From NCBI RefSeq assembly GCF_009914755.1, contig NC_060926.1: DNA of 64,000 bases; one strand, 5' to 3'. The notes below the pieces were generated by a model, which searched no databases, had not been told where the DNA came from, and saw only the letters and a list, made by a program, of their open reading frames with translations. Shown here in pieces: positions 1 through 16,968 of the stretch (within the stretch, counting starts at the first letter, position 1; every line of letters begins with the position of its first letter). The translations under genes and the position numbers were made by a program. The DNA comes from the human T2T-CHM13v2.0 reference genome, Homo sapiens.

Positions 1-20
1 AGCAGGGCATGACACCATTA

Positions 21-249
21 CCTAGATGCACCTCAGCCTCAGCCCTCAGCCTCTCCTCCTGTCTTTCCAAGGGCTCAGACTTGGTATCCAACCTATTAGC
101 ACACAGAGACCTGGCTGCCAAGGATGGGGAAGGAGGCAGAGTTCCCTTTCTGTCTACAAGCTAGAAGACACATGATACTTAATTTCCTCATCAGGTTACC
201 GGGACAGGTCTGTTTTGTAAAGATAACACAGGTGGCACTATGAGGCATG
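21..249 (+). repeat. Copy 1 of a 229-bp local direct duplication
   Basis: Ungapped match to 1597-1825, 17 mismatches by manual count. Confidence 0.95.
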
Positions 250-643
250 AAAAAGAACCACAGAGAGAGAGAGAAGGGCAGTTATAATCAGACAAGCTGA
301 TGAAGGCTGAATTGGGGCCCTTTGGGGATTAGAATGGAAGCAACCAGAGAGACTTTCCAGGAGTTGATTCAGTTGGCTGAGAAAGCCAACTGGATGTTAG
401 CAGGAAAGTGAGAAGGAACAAAGTTCCAGAGTTTTGACCCTGGGATGTGGTTGGAATGATGAGGGTGCTATTACCAGAAGCAGATGGAGAGCAGCAACAG
501 CTTGTGGGAGGAAAGGAATTCAGTTTTAGCCACATTAGGTTTTAGGAGCTGTATATCCATATATCTAGGACAAGTCCTAGGCATCTATCTAGGCAAGAAG
601 AAATCAAATCAAAATGGTAAAAGAAATACAATAATGGGCATCA

Positions 644-1028
<385 letters not shown>

Positions 1029-1596
1029 TCACTGAGTGGAAGAAAACTAAAATAATGTAGTGTGGAGAGAGCTGTTTCGGTGGCATAGGGTAATGCTACT
1101 CAGAAGTCTAGGGGAAATAAAAAAAAACCTTTGCTTATAAGCAGGTATGTAGCATTTTCTTCTATAACAACCCATGAAAAATCTTTTGGAAAATCTTTGT
1201 GCAAAGCTTCCAAGAAAGCCGATCTGGTCCTTGCCATTGTCTGCTTTGTTGTTAAATATAGAATCTGAGGCTCTGGACTTGCTCATCTGGTATCTTTTAT
1301 GAGTACTGCTTGTACATAAAATATTCTTCTGTGTCCCATTTAGTGTAGTCAAATGAATATATTTAGGCATGCGAGGTTTTTTTCCCTTAGGGCTTTTTTT
1401 AAACTGACAATTTTATGAGGAAAAAATTCATACCTATAAAACAACCTGCTACAGCTTTTTTGGATGTTTCTCCAATCCTTATCAGTGTAAACATATATGA
1501 TGTACATCTTCACTTTAAGATTGGCTGTGAATCATTGGTGTGTAGACTGTTTAATGACCACATATTCCTCCCATCCCTTTTCTTATCCCCCTTCAC

Positions 1597-1825
1597 CCTA
1601 GCTTCACCTCAGCCTCAACCCTCAGCCTCTCCTGCTGTCTCTCCAAGGGCTCAGACTTGGTGCCCAACCTATTAGCACACAGAGCCCTGGCTGCCAAGGA
1701 TGGGAAAGGAGGCAGAGTTTCCTTTCTGTCTGCAACCTAGAAGACACATGGTACTTAATTTCCTCATCAGGTTACCTGGACAGGTCTGTTTTGTAAAGAT
1801 AATACAGGTGGTAGTATGAGGCATG
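1597..1825 (+). repeat. Copy 2 of a 229-bp local direct duplication
   Basis: Ungapped match to 21-249 (~93% identity). Confidence 0.95.
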
Positions 1826-1869
1826 CCACCTAGAGGTGAAGTTGATTGCGTCTCCTCTTGAATCTCTGT

Positions 1870-2230
1870 TGGTCTTATGAACGGCTTTGCCCAACAGATT
1901 GTAGTTTCTGCTCTTGCCCTCCTGCAATGCTGCTGTCGTCATGTGAAGGAGCTTGGAATAGCCTCCTTGCTATGACAGACCATGTGGAGACAGAAAGGCC
2001 CACTTTCAAACACCAGACATGTGAGCAAGGCCTTTTTATACCATCCAACTTGAGTTGAGCTACTAGATGACTATAGTCACAAGAGTAAACCCAGACCAGG
2101 CCAACCAAGAGACCATTTAGCTGAGCCCAGCCCAAATTGCTGACCCACAGAATTGTGGGTAAATAAAATGGTTCTTGTTTTAAGTCATTAACTTTTAGGT
2201 AGTTTGTACATAATAATAGATAACTGATAT
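1870..2230 (+). mobile_element. MLT1-type MaLR LTR, old
   Basis: Typical 3' end cccagcccaaattgctgacccacagaattgtg...ttttaagtcattaact...gataactgata. Confidence 0.65.
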
Positions 2231-2318
2231 AATTTGGTATCTGATATTTGCATTCTGATTTTGGAATCAACATTAATTTTTATATAATTTTTCATGTATT
2301 GAATAAGTTGTAAGATAA

Positions 2319-2950
<632 letters not shown>

Positions 2951-2977
2951 TAATTTAGCAATTTTTAAATTGAGATG

Positions 2978-3339
2978 TGCTATGATCTGAAAGTTTGTGT
3001 CCCCCCAAAATCTGTATATTGAAATCGTAATCCCCAAAATGATGGTATAGGAGGTGGGGGCCTTTGAGAGATGATTAGGTCATGAGGTTAGAGCCTTGTG
3101 AATGGGATTAGTGTCCTGATGAAAGTGGCCAGAGAGATACCCCTTGCTATTTCTGCCATGTGAGGTTACAGCCAGAAGATCGTTAACCCTGAGAAAGCAG
3201 GCCCCCACCAGACACTGACTCTGCCAGTGCCTTGATCTTGGACTTCCCAGCCTCCAGAATTATGAGAAATAAATTCCTATTGTTTATAATCCACCTAGTT
3301 TATGGCATTTTGTTATAGCAACTCAAACGGACTAAAACA
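2978..3339 (+). mobile_element. MLT1A/MST-type MaLR LTR
   Basis: tgctatgatctgaaagtttgtgtcccc...ttgttatagcaactcaaacggactaaaaca termini. Confidence 0.8.
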
Positions 3340-3790
3340 GGGTGTAACATATATGTGGCAAAGCATACAAATCTTAATTATATGGCTTGATTAATATCTA
3401 CAGATAGAGATGGATAGATAGATAAATATACAGGCTCTGTGTAATCACCACCCATATGAAGATTCAAAACATTTCCAGCTCTCCAGAAGTTTCTCTTGTG
3501 CCCCTTCCTAGTCAATACCAGCTGCAGAAGTAACCACATTCTGACTTCCACAACCATAGATTAATTTTGCCTAATCTTGAACTTCACATAAATGGAACCA
3601 TACTCTTGTGTACTCTTGCATGCCTGCCTTCTTTTGCTCATCACTATATCTGTGAAATCCATCCATCTGGTTGTTGCATATGGCAGTGGGTCATTCTTTT
3701 CATTACTAAGTGTTACTCCACTAAGTGAGGATGCCACCTTTTCTTTACCCATTCTTCATTTGACGGGCATATGTGTAGTTTTTCTTTTGA
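3340..3790 (-). mobile_element. L1M 3' end fragment
   Basis: Antisense L1M 3' UTR motifs (gtaaccacattctgacttc, aaatggaaccatac, atccatctggttgttgcat). Confidence 0.65.
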
Positions 3791-3899
3791 TGTTATTAAA
3801 CAATGTTTTTAAAAACTTTTTTCAATTATTTTAATAGCTCAATAGATGTGTGTTGGTGCCTTAGAGGTGATTCATTATTAATATCCTCAATTAGTGTTG

Positions 3900-4730
3900 G
3901 AGTGTAGCAGAGGAGGGACCAGGGACTAGTTTGAATGAGTGGGTGGGGAGCAGATGATAAAGGCTTTGTGAGCCATGCTGAGGAACTTGGACTTTGCAGC
4001 ATGGACAGAGGGGAGTCACTGAAGGATTTGAAGCAAGAGAGGGAATTTCTCAAATTTGCATTTTAGGGAAATAACTCTGGCAGTGGGAAGGAGAATAGAT
4101 GATTTGAGGAAAAGCCTGAAGGAGGAAGATTCCTAGGCAGAAGGCTAGGCAATAGCACAGATGAGAGTTAAGCTGGGCCTTAGCTAATGTAGTGGCAACA
4201 GAACTAGTATCTGATGGGACTTGGGAGATGAGAAGGCAGGAGGCAGTAACTAAGGGTTTCTGCTGGGTAACTACGGTGGTGATAGGGTGGTGATACAGGC
4301 ATGGACTAAAATAAGAAGTGAGGTTGGGGAGCAGGAAGAGACAATACATTGAGAAAGATGCCAAGGTTATCTTGGATATGTTGAATTTAAGATATCTGTG
4401 GCATGTCCAGGTGGAGCTACATAACGGCTGGATATGTAGCTCCAGAATTTGGGAAAGCAGTCCTATTAGAGATAGAGATTTCATCAGCACATGGTAGAAA
4501 ATCCTGGAAGGTTGATGAGGTTAGTTAGAAAATCACTGAGGGCAAGAAGGTAGGCAGTGAAAAGGGAAGCCAACGAAGGAGGTAACAGGAAAGAAGTGGG
4601 TCTTAGAAGTCCAGGGGAGAAAATTTTAAAAAGGAAGTACCCACAGAGTGGGAGCCAGATTGCAGGGAGTTGAGGAGATGGAAGCAAGTCATTAGATTTC
4701 CTTTTTCAGAAACTGAGCTGCAGATAAGAA
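3900..4730 (-). mobile_element. L2 fragment
   Basis: Purine-rich L2 motifs (ggagtcactgaaggatttgaagca, gatatgttgaatttaagat). Confidence 0.6.
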
Positions 4731-4769
4731 GAAAAATGATGGTGTCACGGCCGAGATCAACATCTTCTT

Positions 4770-4988
4770 CTTTTTTTCTTTTTTTTTGACCCAGGGTCTG
4801 TGTTGCCCAGGCTGAAGTGCAGTAGTGGCACAATCACAGCTCACTGCAGCCTTGACCTCCTGGGCTCAGGTGATCCTCCCATCTCCCACCTCAGGCTCCC
4901 AAGTAGCCAGGACTATAGGCACACCACACCATGCCAGCTGATTTTTTACTTTTTGTAGAGATGGGGTCTCGCTATGCTGCCCAGCCTG
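4770..4988 (-). mobile_element. AluJ, partial
   Basis: AluJ-type ctcactgcagccttgacctcctgggctc. Confidence 0.85.
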
Positions 4989-5809
4989 CAAGATCAACTT
5001 TTTTGTTTGTTTATTTTTTAAGCAATAGAGATATGAACATGTTTATAGGATGTGGAGAATAAAAGACTGAACAAGTATGGAAGGGAGACAATAATTGATG
5101 GAATGAGATCCTGGAGTTGGGAGCAGGGGGTGGGGATTATGCATAGAGATAGAGGGATTGAATAGGTAGAAGAGGCCATTTTATCCTCTGAGATGGGGGA
5201 AACCCCCAATAGAAAATGAAAATCATCAATCTGTGGAAATACTACCCTACTCAGTGGTGTGGTTTGCCCCAGAAGCTTTCAGCAACTTGGGTATAGGGGA
5301 TTGTCTGGTTCTGCTACTGTTGATCACTGAGATAGCTTCTAGTTCTTCAATATTTTAGTAATGGAAAAAATTTATTTTTCATCACTTCCTCTCTTTCCTA
5401 AAAAATATAACATTACTAATAGAATTGAACACCTGATCACATTTCTTTCCTCTTCTTTGAGGTAACCACTATTCTGAAGTAGCAATGGTGTTCTCTACAG
5501 CTAATGTTATATTTTCACTAAGCCTGTAGTACCCATAACTAATATAAAGCATTGTTTTATATGCTTTAAGACTGTAAAAAAAATTGGTATCCTACTATAT
5601 TATTCTGCAACTTGCTTTTATTCATTATCATATTTTTTGAAAATTATCTATATTAACTCATGAGGATAAAATCAGCTCCAATGTATTTTAGCTGCTGTGT
5701 TTTTTATTTTCAAAAAATGCCAATTTATTTATCAGTTCTCCAATTTTGTTTCCAGTGTTTCATTATTACAAAAAATGAACATATACAAAGCTTTCTTTGT
5801 GATAATGAT

Positions 5810-6137
5810 TTCTTTTCTTTCTTTCTTTCTTTCTTTGTTTCTTTTTTTTTTTTTTTAAGATGGAGTCTCACTCTGTTGCCCAGGCTGGAGTGCAGTGGCC
5901 CAATCTTGGCTTACTACAACCTCCACCTCCCAGGTTCAAGCGATTCTCCTGCCTCAGCCTCCTGAGAAGCTAGGACTATAGGTGTGTGCCACCAGGCCTG
6001 GCTAATTTTTTGTATTTTTAGTACAAACGGGGTTTCACTGTGTTAGCCAGGATGGTCTCAATCTCCTGACCTTGTGATCCGCCTGCCTCAGCCTCCCAAA
6101 GTGCTGAGATTACAGGCGTGAACCACCACGCCCGGCC
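5810..6137 (-). mobile_element. AluS with (TTTC)n tail
   Basis: Antisense Alu consensus. Confidence 0.93.
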
Positions 6138-6149
6138 ATGATGATGATT

Positions 6150-6610
6150 TTCACATTAAAAGAATGTGTATCCTTTTTTTTTAGGCAGTATTTTGTGTAA
6201 ACATCAATGAAATCAAGTTGCTCAGTAGTGTTGCTGAAATCTCTTGCGTCTTTACTAACTTTGTCTGTTCTATCAATTACTGAGAGAAGGGTATTAAACT
6301 GTTCAAGCATGGTTGTGGGTTTGTCTGTTTCTCCCTTTAGTTCTGTAGGTTTTGCTTTATATACTTGAAACTTTATTACTATATGTATACACATGTATAA
6401 GATTATGTCTTATTGATGAATTGACTCTTTTATCATTAAAATGTCCTCCTTTTTTTAAACTTTAAACTCACAACTACACTTAGAATATGTCTTCTTATTT
6501 CTGTTCATAATCCTTAACTTGAAGTCTATTTTGTCTAATATTAATATAGCCACACCAGTATTCTTATGATAGTAAGTGTTTGCTTGGTACATTTTTGCTA
6601 TCCCTTTACT
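6150..6610 (-). mobile_element. L1 ORF2 endonuclease-region fragment
   Basis: ORF 6110-6394 reads KPTELKGETDKPTTMLEQFNTLLSVIDRT...QLDFIDVY, L1 ORF2p EN-like. Confidence 0.85.
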
Positions 6611-6619
6611 TTCATCCTC

Positions 6620-7350
6620 CACCCTTCACAGGATGGAGAGCACAGCTGAGCAGGTGCAGGAGCTGGGGCGAGTACTTCTGGGTGTGGACAGGAGCAAAAC
6701 TTTGTGTGGGCCCCGCAGCAGCATCTAGTAGGGAGTACCCATGACTCTTGAAACCCCAGAAGGAATGTTACAGGCAGCGCTCTTTTAGCTTTTCCATCCG
6801 CAGATGGCTTAAGTGTTTAACAGCTCAGTGGACCCTCTGCCTTTTCACAAGGGTAGTGGGTCACTGTTATAGGCTTCTGTATCCCAAGCTCTTGTCCAGA
6901 GTCAAGGAAAAATCAGATCGCATGGATGAATTGACGGATAGTAAATATAGGGGATTTTCTTGCTGATGGAAGTGGCTCTCAGTGGGAAAGGGAACTACAA
7001 AGGGGATGGAGCAGGAAGGTATTCTTCCCGGGATGTCCAGCTGTCTCTGGCCAGACTCTTCTCCTAAGTCCTGCTGTCAAGCTGTCCCTCTGAAGTCAAG
7101 AGACTTCTCTAACATTCAGCTGCTTCTTCTCCCTTTCTCTGCTCTCTGCCAGTGGAGCCTGGGGTTTTCATAGGTACAGGATGTGGGGTGGAGTGGGCCA
7201 GGGGTGGTTTTGGAAAAGGTGACATTCAAGCGGGGAAAATGGGGATGGAAAGTTCTCATTCGGGGCTGTGGTTCCAGACTTCAGGGTGTGGCCCTCACCA
7301 GGGACCCCACTCTTTTCTGCCTAGAATTTCTCTGCCTCCTGTCCGAATCA
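6620..7350 (-). mobile_element. MER52-like ERV1 LTR, partial
   Basis: Reverse strand starts TGATTCGGACAGGAGGCAGAGAAATTCTAGG, resembling the MER52 5' end. Confidence 0.7.
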
Positions 7351-7451
7351 ATGATCACGCCACTGCACTCCAGCCTGGGTGACAAAGAAAGATCCTGATT
7401 TAAAATAAAAAGAAAGAAAAGAAAAAGAAAGCGAGAAAGGAAGGATTCTAA

Positions 7452-7826
<375 letters not shown>

Positions 7827-9015
7827 TTAATGTTTATGTTTTAAATAAATATGTTCAAAATTCATTTAGAGTGCTCTGGAAAACCTCTAAGTAGGTTAGA
7901 AAATCCTGTTTAAAAGTTGTTTGCTTTTTATATTTAACTATGCAGATGGAGTTTTTAAAAATAATTTTTAAAGCAGTTTTAGTTTTACAATAATTGATAG
8001 GCTTAATTTTTTTTAAAGCAGTTTTAGTTTTACAGAAAAGCTGAGCAGAAAGTACAGGGAACTCTCATATTCTTCCCTTCTCTCTGCACCCACTTTGGTC
8101 CTCATTTCCCCTATTATTAATGCCTTACATTAGAAGTTTTATAGTTTTGCATTTTACATGTAGTTTTGCATTTTACATGAAGTTTTATAGTTTTGCATTT
8201 TACATAGTACATTTTACTATGATCCATTTTGAGTTAATTTTTGTGAAAGATGTAAGGCATGTGTCTACATTCATTTTTTTCCCATGTGAATGTCCAATTG
8301 TTTCAGTATCATTTGCTGAAGACTGTCCTTTCTTCGTTGAATTGCCTTTGCTTGTCTGTCAAAGATCAGTTGGCTATATTTGTGTGTTTCTTTCTGGCCT
8401 CTCTATTCTGTTCCATTAATCTATTTGTCTATTCTTTCACCAATACCACACTGTCTTGATTACTGTACAGTAAGTCTTGAAGTTTTGCAGCGTCAGTTCT
8501 CTGACTTTTTCTCGTCAATATTGTGTTGGCTATTCTGGGTCTTTTGCTTTTCCATATTAACCTTAGAATCTGTTAGTCAATATCTACAAAACGACTTGTA
8601 ATTTTTATTGGTATTGCGTTAAATGTATAGATCATGTTGTAAAGAACTGACATTTTAACAATATTGAGTTTCCTATCCATGATTCTTTCATGACAGTTTA
8701 ATAGTGTTCCTTATATAGCTCTTGTACATATTTTGCTAAATTTATACCTAAGTATTTCTCTTTTTCTTTCAGGGTGCTAATGTAAATGATGTTGTGTCTT
8801 TATTTTTATTTTTTATTTTCTTTCTTAAGCTAAGGACGCTACTGAAGATGTGTTATCAATTTCAAATTCCAATAGGTCATTGCTGGTATAGAGGAAAGCA
8901 ATTGACTTTGTATATTAACCTTGTATCCTACAACTTTGCTATAAGTGCGTATCAGCTCCAGGAATTAGTTGCCTTTTTTGTTTGTTTTGTCAATTCTTTG
9001 GGATTTTCTACATAG

Positions 9016-9571
<556 letters not shown>

Positions 9572-9688
9572 TAGTTTGCTGAGAGTTTTTATGATGAATG
9601 GGTGATGGATTTTGTCAAATTCTCTTTCTGTATTTGATCATATGATTTATCTTCTTTAGTGTCTTGGTGTAATAACTTACATTAATTC

Positions 9689-9725
9689 ATCTCTTCTCAG
9701 CCTTTTGGCTAAGATCAAATGTAGT
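9689..9725 (+). pseudogene. 3'-truncated U2 snRNA retrocopy (U2 nt 1-37) inserted in an L1
   Basis: ATCTCTTCTCAGCCTTTTGGCTAAGATCAAATGTAGT, 34/37 identical to the U2 5' end; ATTAATT flanks at 9681-9687 and 9729-9735. Confidence 0.88.
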
Positions 9726-10496
9726 CATATTAATTGATTTTGCATATTAGTCTTGTATACCTAAAATAAATCCCACTTGGTCATGGTGTATAATTCTTTT
9801 TAGATTTGTTGAATTTTATTTGTTAATATTTTGTTGAGGACTTTTGTATCTATATTCATGAGAGATATTGGTCTGTAGTTGTTTTTTCTTGTAATATCTT
9901 TGGTTTTAGTATTAGGGTAATGCTGTCCTCAAAGAATGTTAGAATGTATTCCCTCTGCTTCTATTTCCTGGAAGAGACTATAGAGAATTGTTATAATTTA
10001 CTTCTTAAATATTTGGTAGAATTCACCAGTGAATCCATCTGAGCCTGGTACATTCTGTCTTGGAAAGTTATTAATTATTGATTCAATTTATTTAGTAGAT
10101 ACAGGCCTATTTATATCATCTATTTCTCCTTGTGAGAGTTTCGGTAGATTGTCTTTTAAGGAACTGGTCTACTTCATCTAGATTATCAAATTTGTGGGCA
10201 TATAATTATTTATCACATTCTTTTATTACGCTTTTAATGTTCATAGTGATATGCCTTCTTTCATTTCTGATATTAGTAATTTGTGTCTCCTATTTTTATT
10301 CATTAGTTTGAGTAAAGATTTATAAATTTCACTGATCTTTGCAAAGAAACAGTTTTGGGTTGATTGATTCTTTTTCTATTGATTTCCTGTTTTCAATTTC
10401 GATGTTTTCTGCCCTGATTTTTATAATTTCTCTTTTTCTGCTTATGTTTAATTTAATTTACTCCTCCTTTTCTTCCTTCCTCCCTCCCTTCCTTCC

Positions 10497-11098
<602 letters not shown>

Positions 11099-12626
11099 AA
11101 TTTGCACCTCCTTTTCTAGTTTCCTGAGACAGAAACTTAAGTGATTAATTTTAGGTCTTTTTTATTTTCCTATATAAGCATTTAATGGTATAAATTTTCC
11201 TTTAAGCACTGCTTTCACTGCATCTGACAAATTTTGATAAGTCATAATTTCATTTTTATTGAGTTAAAATATTTTAAAATTTCACTTCTCTTGAGGCTTC
11301 TTCCTTGACCTACTGATTATTTAGAAATGTGTAGTTTAATTGCCAAATATTTTTGGATTTTCGAGCTATCTTTCTGTTATTATTTCTAGTTTAATCCCAT
11401 TGTCAAGATTTGTTTTATCACCCAGAATGTGGTCTCTCTTGGTGAATGTTCCATGTGAGCTTGGGAAGAATGTGTATTTTGTTGCTGTTGGATGAAGTAT
11501 TTTATAAATGTCAATTAGATTCAGTTGATTGATGGTGCTGTTTATGTTTAGTTCAACTATATAATTACTGATTTCATGCCTACTGGATCTGTCAACTACT
11601 AATAGAGGGGTGTTGAAGTCTCTAAGTATTATAGTGTATTCATCAATTTCTCCTTGCAGTTCTATCAGTTTCACTGCATGTATTTTGACACTCTTGTTAG
11701 GTATGTACACATTAAGGATTGTTATATTTTCTTGGAGATTTTTAAAATCTTGTACTGCTCCTCTGTATCCCTGAGAATTTCCCTTGTGCTAAATTCTTTG
11801 TCTGAAATTAATGTAGAACTCCGGTTTTCTTTTGACTAGTATTAGCATGGCATAATTCTTTAAGTTTTTATTTTTATTCTATTTGCATCTTTATATTTAA
11901 AATGGGTTTCTTTTAAACAAAATTTAGTTAGGCCTTTTTTTTTCTAATTTTTTCATCTTGTGGGGACTTGTTTTTTTTAACCACTCTGACAGTCTTTTTT
12001 AATTGGTGTACTTAGGCCATTCACATTTAAAGTGAATATTGATATCATTGGATTAATACCTACTGTATTTTAAACTTTTCTATTCATTGCTTTTGTTCTG
12101 TTTCTTTTTTTATCTTCCACTCTTTTTCTGCCTTCTCTGTTTTTGTTTTTGTTTTTGTTTTTTTGCCTTCTCTGGTTTTAATTGTGCATTTTAAGATTCC
12201 ATTTTCTCTTCTCTCATATCAATTATATTTCTTTTTAGTGGTTTCCCTAAAATTTTTAATATACATGTATAACTAATGCAAGCCCACTTTAAAGTAATAG
12301 TGTACTGCTTCACAGTACAAGTACCTTATAATGGTTTTCCCAGTGCCTCCCTCCCACGCCTTACAGCATGCGTCCATTCATTTCACTTATTCATAAGCAA
12401 TGGTCACTGAAAGCATGGATTGTATAGGTTAGAACTAAATTGGTATAGCGAAAATTTCATTTATTTTGTAAATAATTTTTCCCGTGTGGCTGTTATTGTG
12501 CTCTACCATTTTATATTTTATTAGTGATCCAGTGATTTTTGAAGACAAGGTATGAGACAGAAGAAAATATTATAGGCCTAGATCCATGGACTCTTCTGAT
12601 GGGGTTGATGAAGAGTTTTAACCGAT

Positions 12627-12967
<341 letters not shown>

Positions 12968-13561
12968 TGAAGCATTTTACTACACCAGACAACAAGGAAC
13001 TCTGGTAATCCAAATTGTTCCATTCCTTTGTGCATTGTCTGTGGTAAACAACTTACACATCCAGCAATGGCTCTGGCAAAACTGCAAAGACTCTTAACTC
13101 CAAAGCACAGACATTTGACAAGTAAAAGGGCAGATTATTTTCGGTGGTTACTGGAACATTGAAAGACAGTAAAGCTTTTGTTAAAAAACAAACAAACAAA
13201 AAAAAGTCGTAGTCAGTGAATAGCCTCAGGAAGCAAGCTATTTAGTAGCAGTTATTTAATGTCCAGAAAAGGAAAATGCACACAGTAATGAGAACCTAAA
13301 TTAGAGTAAATAAAATGCTAGGGCCAGCTCGAGCCCAGGATTGAGTCCAGTTTGGGCAACATAACGAGATGCTGTCTCTAAAAACAAACAAACATAAAAT
13401 ACTAGGACAAGATGTAGCATGCGAAAATGAAAAGTTTTCTCTCTCAATACCATTAGTCAACGTATTGATGATACATGCCATAAACGGAAACAAATGGTTC
13501 TCTATGTAGGTTGATGAATCAACAGATTTTACCAATAAATGTCATATTATAACATTAGTGG

Positions 13562-13720
13562 TTGTTGTTTGAGATGGAATCTCGCTCTGTTGCCCAGGCT
13601 GGAGTGCAGTGGTGCGATCTCGTTCACTGCAACCTCAGCCTCCCAGGTCCAAGCGATTCTCCTGCCTCAGCCTCTCAAGTAGCTGGGACTACAGGCACAG
13701 GCCACCACACCTGGCTAATT
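13562..13720 (-). mobile_element. Alu right arm only (5'-truncated)
   Basis: Half Alu inside the Charlie fossil. Confidence 0.85.
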
Positions 13721-13818
13721 AATATCATAACATTTGTAAGATTTTTAAACAAGGTGGTTTTCAAGACTTTTTTTTTTTCTGGTGCAAAGAGCTGTCCCAA
13801 ACAAGCAAAATCCCGGAT

Positions 13819-14129
<311 letters not shown>

Positions 14130-14454
14130 CGGGTGCATTTAATGTTCTGTCGTTGTATCTGGAATGAAAAGGTCTGATCTGGAAGAAATATGTGGGCATC
14201 TATACTGACAGGACTCACCAGTGAACTCCAGGAGCGGCAAAGGGAACACAGGAAATTCTGACTTCGTTCACAACACACTCTTTTCTTCATAGAGAGGTGC
14301 TGGTGTCAAAGCCTGTCAAAGAAGAAATTTTAAAAGTCTGGATGATGTGACAAAAATAGTCAACTTTCTTAAATAGAGCTACAGTCTGATCATGTACTGA
14401 AGATGAGATTTACTCATCTATCTCTTGACAAACTGGATTTCTATGAAAAAATAG

Positions 14455-14818
<364 letters not shown>

Positions 14819-14829
14819 TAAATAAACTT

Positions 14830-15050
14830 TTTCTTGTTTTTGTTTTTTGAGACAAGGTCTCATTCTGTTGCCCAGGCTGGTGCAGTGGCATGATCAGAGC
14901 TCACTGCAGCCTCAACTTCCCGGCCTCAGGCCATCCTCCCACCTCAGTCTCATGAGTAGCTCAGACAACACATGCATGCCATCACACCTGGCTATTTTTC
15001 TTTCTTTTTTTTTTGCGGAGGCAGGATCGCCTTATATTGCTCAGGCTGGT
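14830..15050 (-). mobile_element. AluJ, partial
   Basis: Diverged antisense Alu. Confidence 0.8.
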
Positions 15051-15280
15051 TTTTCTTCTTTAAGAAGCATTTGAAATTGTCATATTTATGTTGAAAATTG
15101 TGTATTTGACAAGCAAATACACAAGCACAAGTTTCAATTAAGGGGTAGAGTCCATTCTTTAGTTTTAGTTTAAAAAAAGTGTTTAATACACTTTTAATAC
15201 TTTTATATAGACCAATTAAAGAGATCAAGAAAGTAATACATGTATATAATAATTTTGTAATTGCTAGGCCTACATGGGAG

Positions 15281-15688
15281 TGTGTTAGTCCATTTTGTGT
15301 TGCCATAAAGGAATACCTGAGGCTGGGTAATTTATAAAGAGGTTTATTTTGCTCACGGTTCTGCAGGCTATACAAGAAGCATGATGCCAACATCTGCTCC
15401 TGGCTAGGCCTTCAGGAAGCTTCCAATCATGGCTGAAGGTGAAGGGGGCCCAGAATGTCACAAAGTGAGAGAGGAAAAGGGAGAGAAGGTGGAGGGCAGT
15501 GTTTTCTTAAACAACTAATTCTCGTATAAACTAACAGAGCAAGAACTCATTCATTACCACCAGGACAGCCTCAAACCATTCATGAGGGATCTGCTCCCAT
15601 GATCCAAACTCCTCCCATTAGGCCCCACCTCCAACTTTATCATATTTCAACATGAAATTTGGAGGGAACAAATATCCAAACCGTATCA
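15281..15688 (-). mobile_element. MST-family MaLR solo LTR
   Basis: tgtgttagtccattttgtgttgccataaaggaatacctgagg...tatccaaaccgtatca; 5-bp TSD GGGAG/GGCAG. Confidence 0.88.
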
Positions 15689-16663
15689 GGCAGCCTGATC
15701 ATGTCACTCAGTAAGGAAACGCTTTTAAACTGTCTTAAAACAGTCTTAGGCCATTTTTATTCATATTGTTTTCTTTGCAGTTTTACTAACTTTCTTTTAA
15801 CATTTTCAATAAATTTTCATGTTGTAAATAACATTAATTAAAATCAATTTACAACCTTTATATAAATTAAATCAACTCCTTCTACCTTTAGAAAAATTTC
15901 ATTTTGTCTTAAGCCTGTATAACAAAAATGTATTATTTTTACTATATGAGTTTTAAAATTTTATGAAAAGCCACTAGGGAGATTCATTTCAAGAAAGGTA
16001 AGCTAATCTTAACTATCTGATTTTATTTCAGGGACAGATGGTTAAAAAGACATAGCAACCACAGTAGAATCTCATTTAGTAGAAATTTGTGATAAGAGTT
16101 TGGGACCTACTTGGATAAGGTAAAAATTGAAGTAGACATAATGTCTTTTTTTGGGAGGAGGAACCACATAAAAAGATAGGCAAATAAGTAAGCCAAAATA
16201 AACAGATCTTCAGGAAAAGATATCATTCTCTACTCAAAAGAGCATTGGCAATTATTATTGGATTGTTATATCTACAACTTACTGATCATGCTAATGTACT
16301 ATGGGCTTAGATAAAATAATTTTTATACAGAGGTCCCCTGAGACCTGGAAATTATTTCAAGAGCTCCTCCAGAGGAGAAAGACTATGCTGGTCAACCTGC
16401 CTGTGGGATAAAAAAAATTGCATAGTATCTCCTCATCTCAGTACAAAGTACTGTATAGAGTCTATCACTTAGAATTTTAAAAATATTAATCATGTTCATG
16501 ACATCCTGTAGCAAATACACTGTAATTTGTAACAATATACAAAAAATAAAAAGTATATGATACTATCTATAAATATACTTTTCATTTTAATAATTATATA
16601 TAATTTTAGCAAATTATATACATAATACATTAAATTATATATATATAAAATTTCAATAATTTC

Positions 16664-16968
<305 letters not shown>

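Noticed and set aside
11366-11710. Endonuclease-like ORF
   Set aside because: Fragment of a decayed L1 ORF2; no intact L1 in the window
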